Of a stretch of DNA of 64,000 nt, positions 63,090-64,000 are shown piece after piece. Every line of letters starts with the position of its first letter. The stretch's first letter is position 1. The notes beneath the pieces are model-generated. The model searched no databases and had not been told where the DNA came from. It saw nothing but the letters and a program-made list of their open reading frames with translations. A program made the translations under genes and the position numbers. The DNA is from Nymphaea colorata (lineage: Eukaryota). The stretch lies in assembly GCF_008831285.2 (NCBI RefSeq), contig NC_045138.2:30876001-30940000 (forward strand). The letters are read 5' to 3'.

Positions 63090-63737
63090 CGGGAGTTCTA
63101 CTCAAATTCACTCAGCTCGAGCCTAACTTAAAAACTGGAGCTTATAAACGAATCGAGTTCGAACTAAAACTCAGTCTACCGAACCGAGCTTGAACTGACC
63201 TTGTACAGCTCAACTCGAGATTGAGCCACGCAATATATGAGTCGCGTCAAGTATAGTTAGTCGAGCTCGACTCGCCTAATGTACAACCCTTCTCCAAAAA
63301 TCACAGCAAAAATTCAGACATTAAGCACCATCGTTCCTTTCATCATCTTCTCCATATCTTCTCGGAATGTCGCCAATTTCCAACATACTGAGTTCAGAAG
63401 AACTTTTAGGGTGTGGTTTCAACGGCCACTTTTGTGGAGTTGTTCTTCTGCCTTCCAAACTAGTGTTGTACAATGAGTCGAGCTTAACTGCACAAGTTTT
63501 ACTCAAACTCACTCAGCTCAAGCTTAATTGAAAAATTGGAGCTTATAAACAAGTCGAGTTAGAGTTACGTGAATAGAGATCAAGCTTAAACGAGCTGAGT
63601 TTGAACCAAGACTTGGTCTGTCAAATCGAGCTCGAACTGACCTCATACAGCTCAACTTGAAGTTGAGCCAAGCAATATATGAGTCGAGTGAGTCAAGTAG
63701 AGTTAATCGAGCTCAACTTGCCTAATGTATAGCTTTA
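63090..63737. mobile_element. Two related hAT-type MITE copies (partial 63090-63291; complete 63461-63737)
   Basis: The second copy has ends TAGTGTTGTACA / TGTATAGCTTTA with flanks TTCCAAAC and CTCCAAAA. Both copies share CTCAAA.TCACTCAGCTC.AGC...GGAGCTTATAAAC...CCTAATGTA and the same 3' flank CTCCAAAA. Confidence 0.7.
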
Positions 63738-64000
63738 CTCCAAAATATTGTCATAAAAAATGTGTACGGGTAATATACGGTAAGAAATTTCTCGAGTATA
63801 ATACGACAAAGTTGTATATCTCGAGAATATCTTAACGAATTTTAAAAAAAATTAAAACATTTAATAAATTTTGAAAAAATATATAAAAAATAAAAATTAA
63901 TAAAAAAACAAAAAAAGGGTATAATATGTATAATACGAGTATTATACATGTTTTTTGTTTTTTGGCATTTTTTTTAAAACGTGTTTTTTTCACGTCTTAT

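Noticed and set aside
63300..63460. Minus-strand ORF fragment between two MITE copies
   Set aside because: It starts inside a MITE, is short and has no recognisable homology.

Overview
Flowering-plant nuclear DNA, AT-rich and dense in transposons. Four intronless protein genes are clear: a chloroplast PLS-DYW PPR editing factor matching Arabidopsis At1g15510/ECB2 (134-2809, -), an F-box gene (4351-5505, -), a DGLLA-variant DELLA/GRAS gene (18535-20181, +) and a PLS-E+ PPR gene (27771-29972, -). The intergenic DNA holds many non-autonomous DNA transposons (several hAT-type elements with 8-bp TSDs, Tourist-like elements, one element sitting in a TA microsatellite) and a TRIM with a 5-bp TSD. 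The stretch 34-59 kb is a TE cluster: a chimeric Copia relic, a young full-length Ale-like Copia (164-bp LTRs, ATCAC TSD, one frameshift), an L1 LINE relic, and a ~5-kb hierarchical array of a palindromic 57-bp monomer with a second copy ~11.7 kb away. The least explained signals are that array, a speculative minus-strand spliced orphan transcript whose small exons stay in frame across ~24 kb of TE DNA, and four identical TCP-type 9-mers just 3' of the DELLA gene. No RNA genes or CRISPR arrays were seen. All alignments and counts were done by eye.
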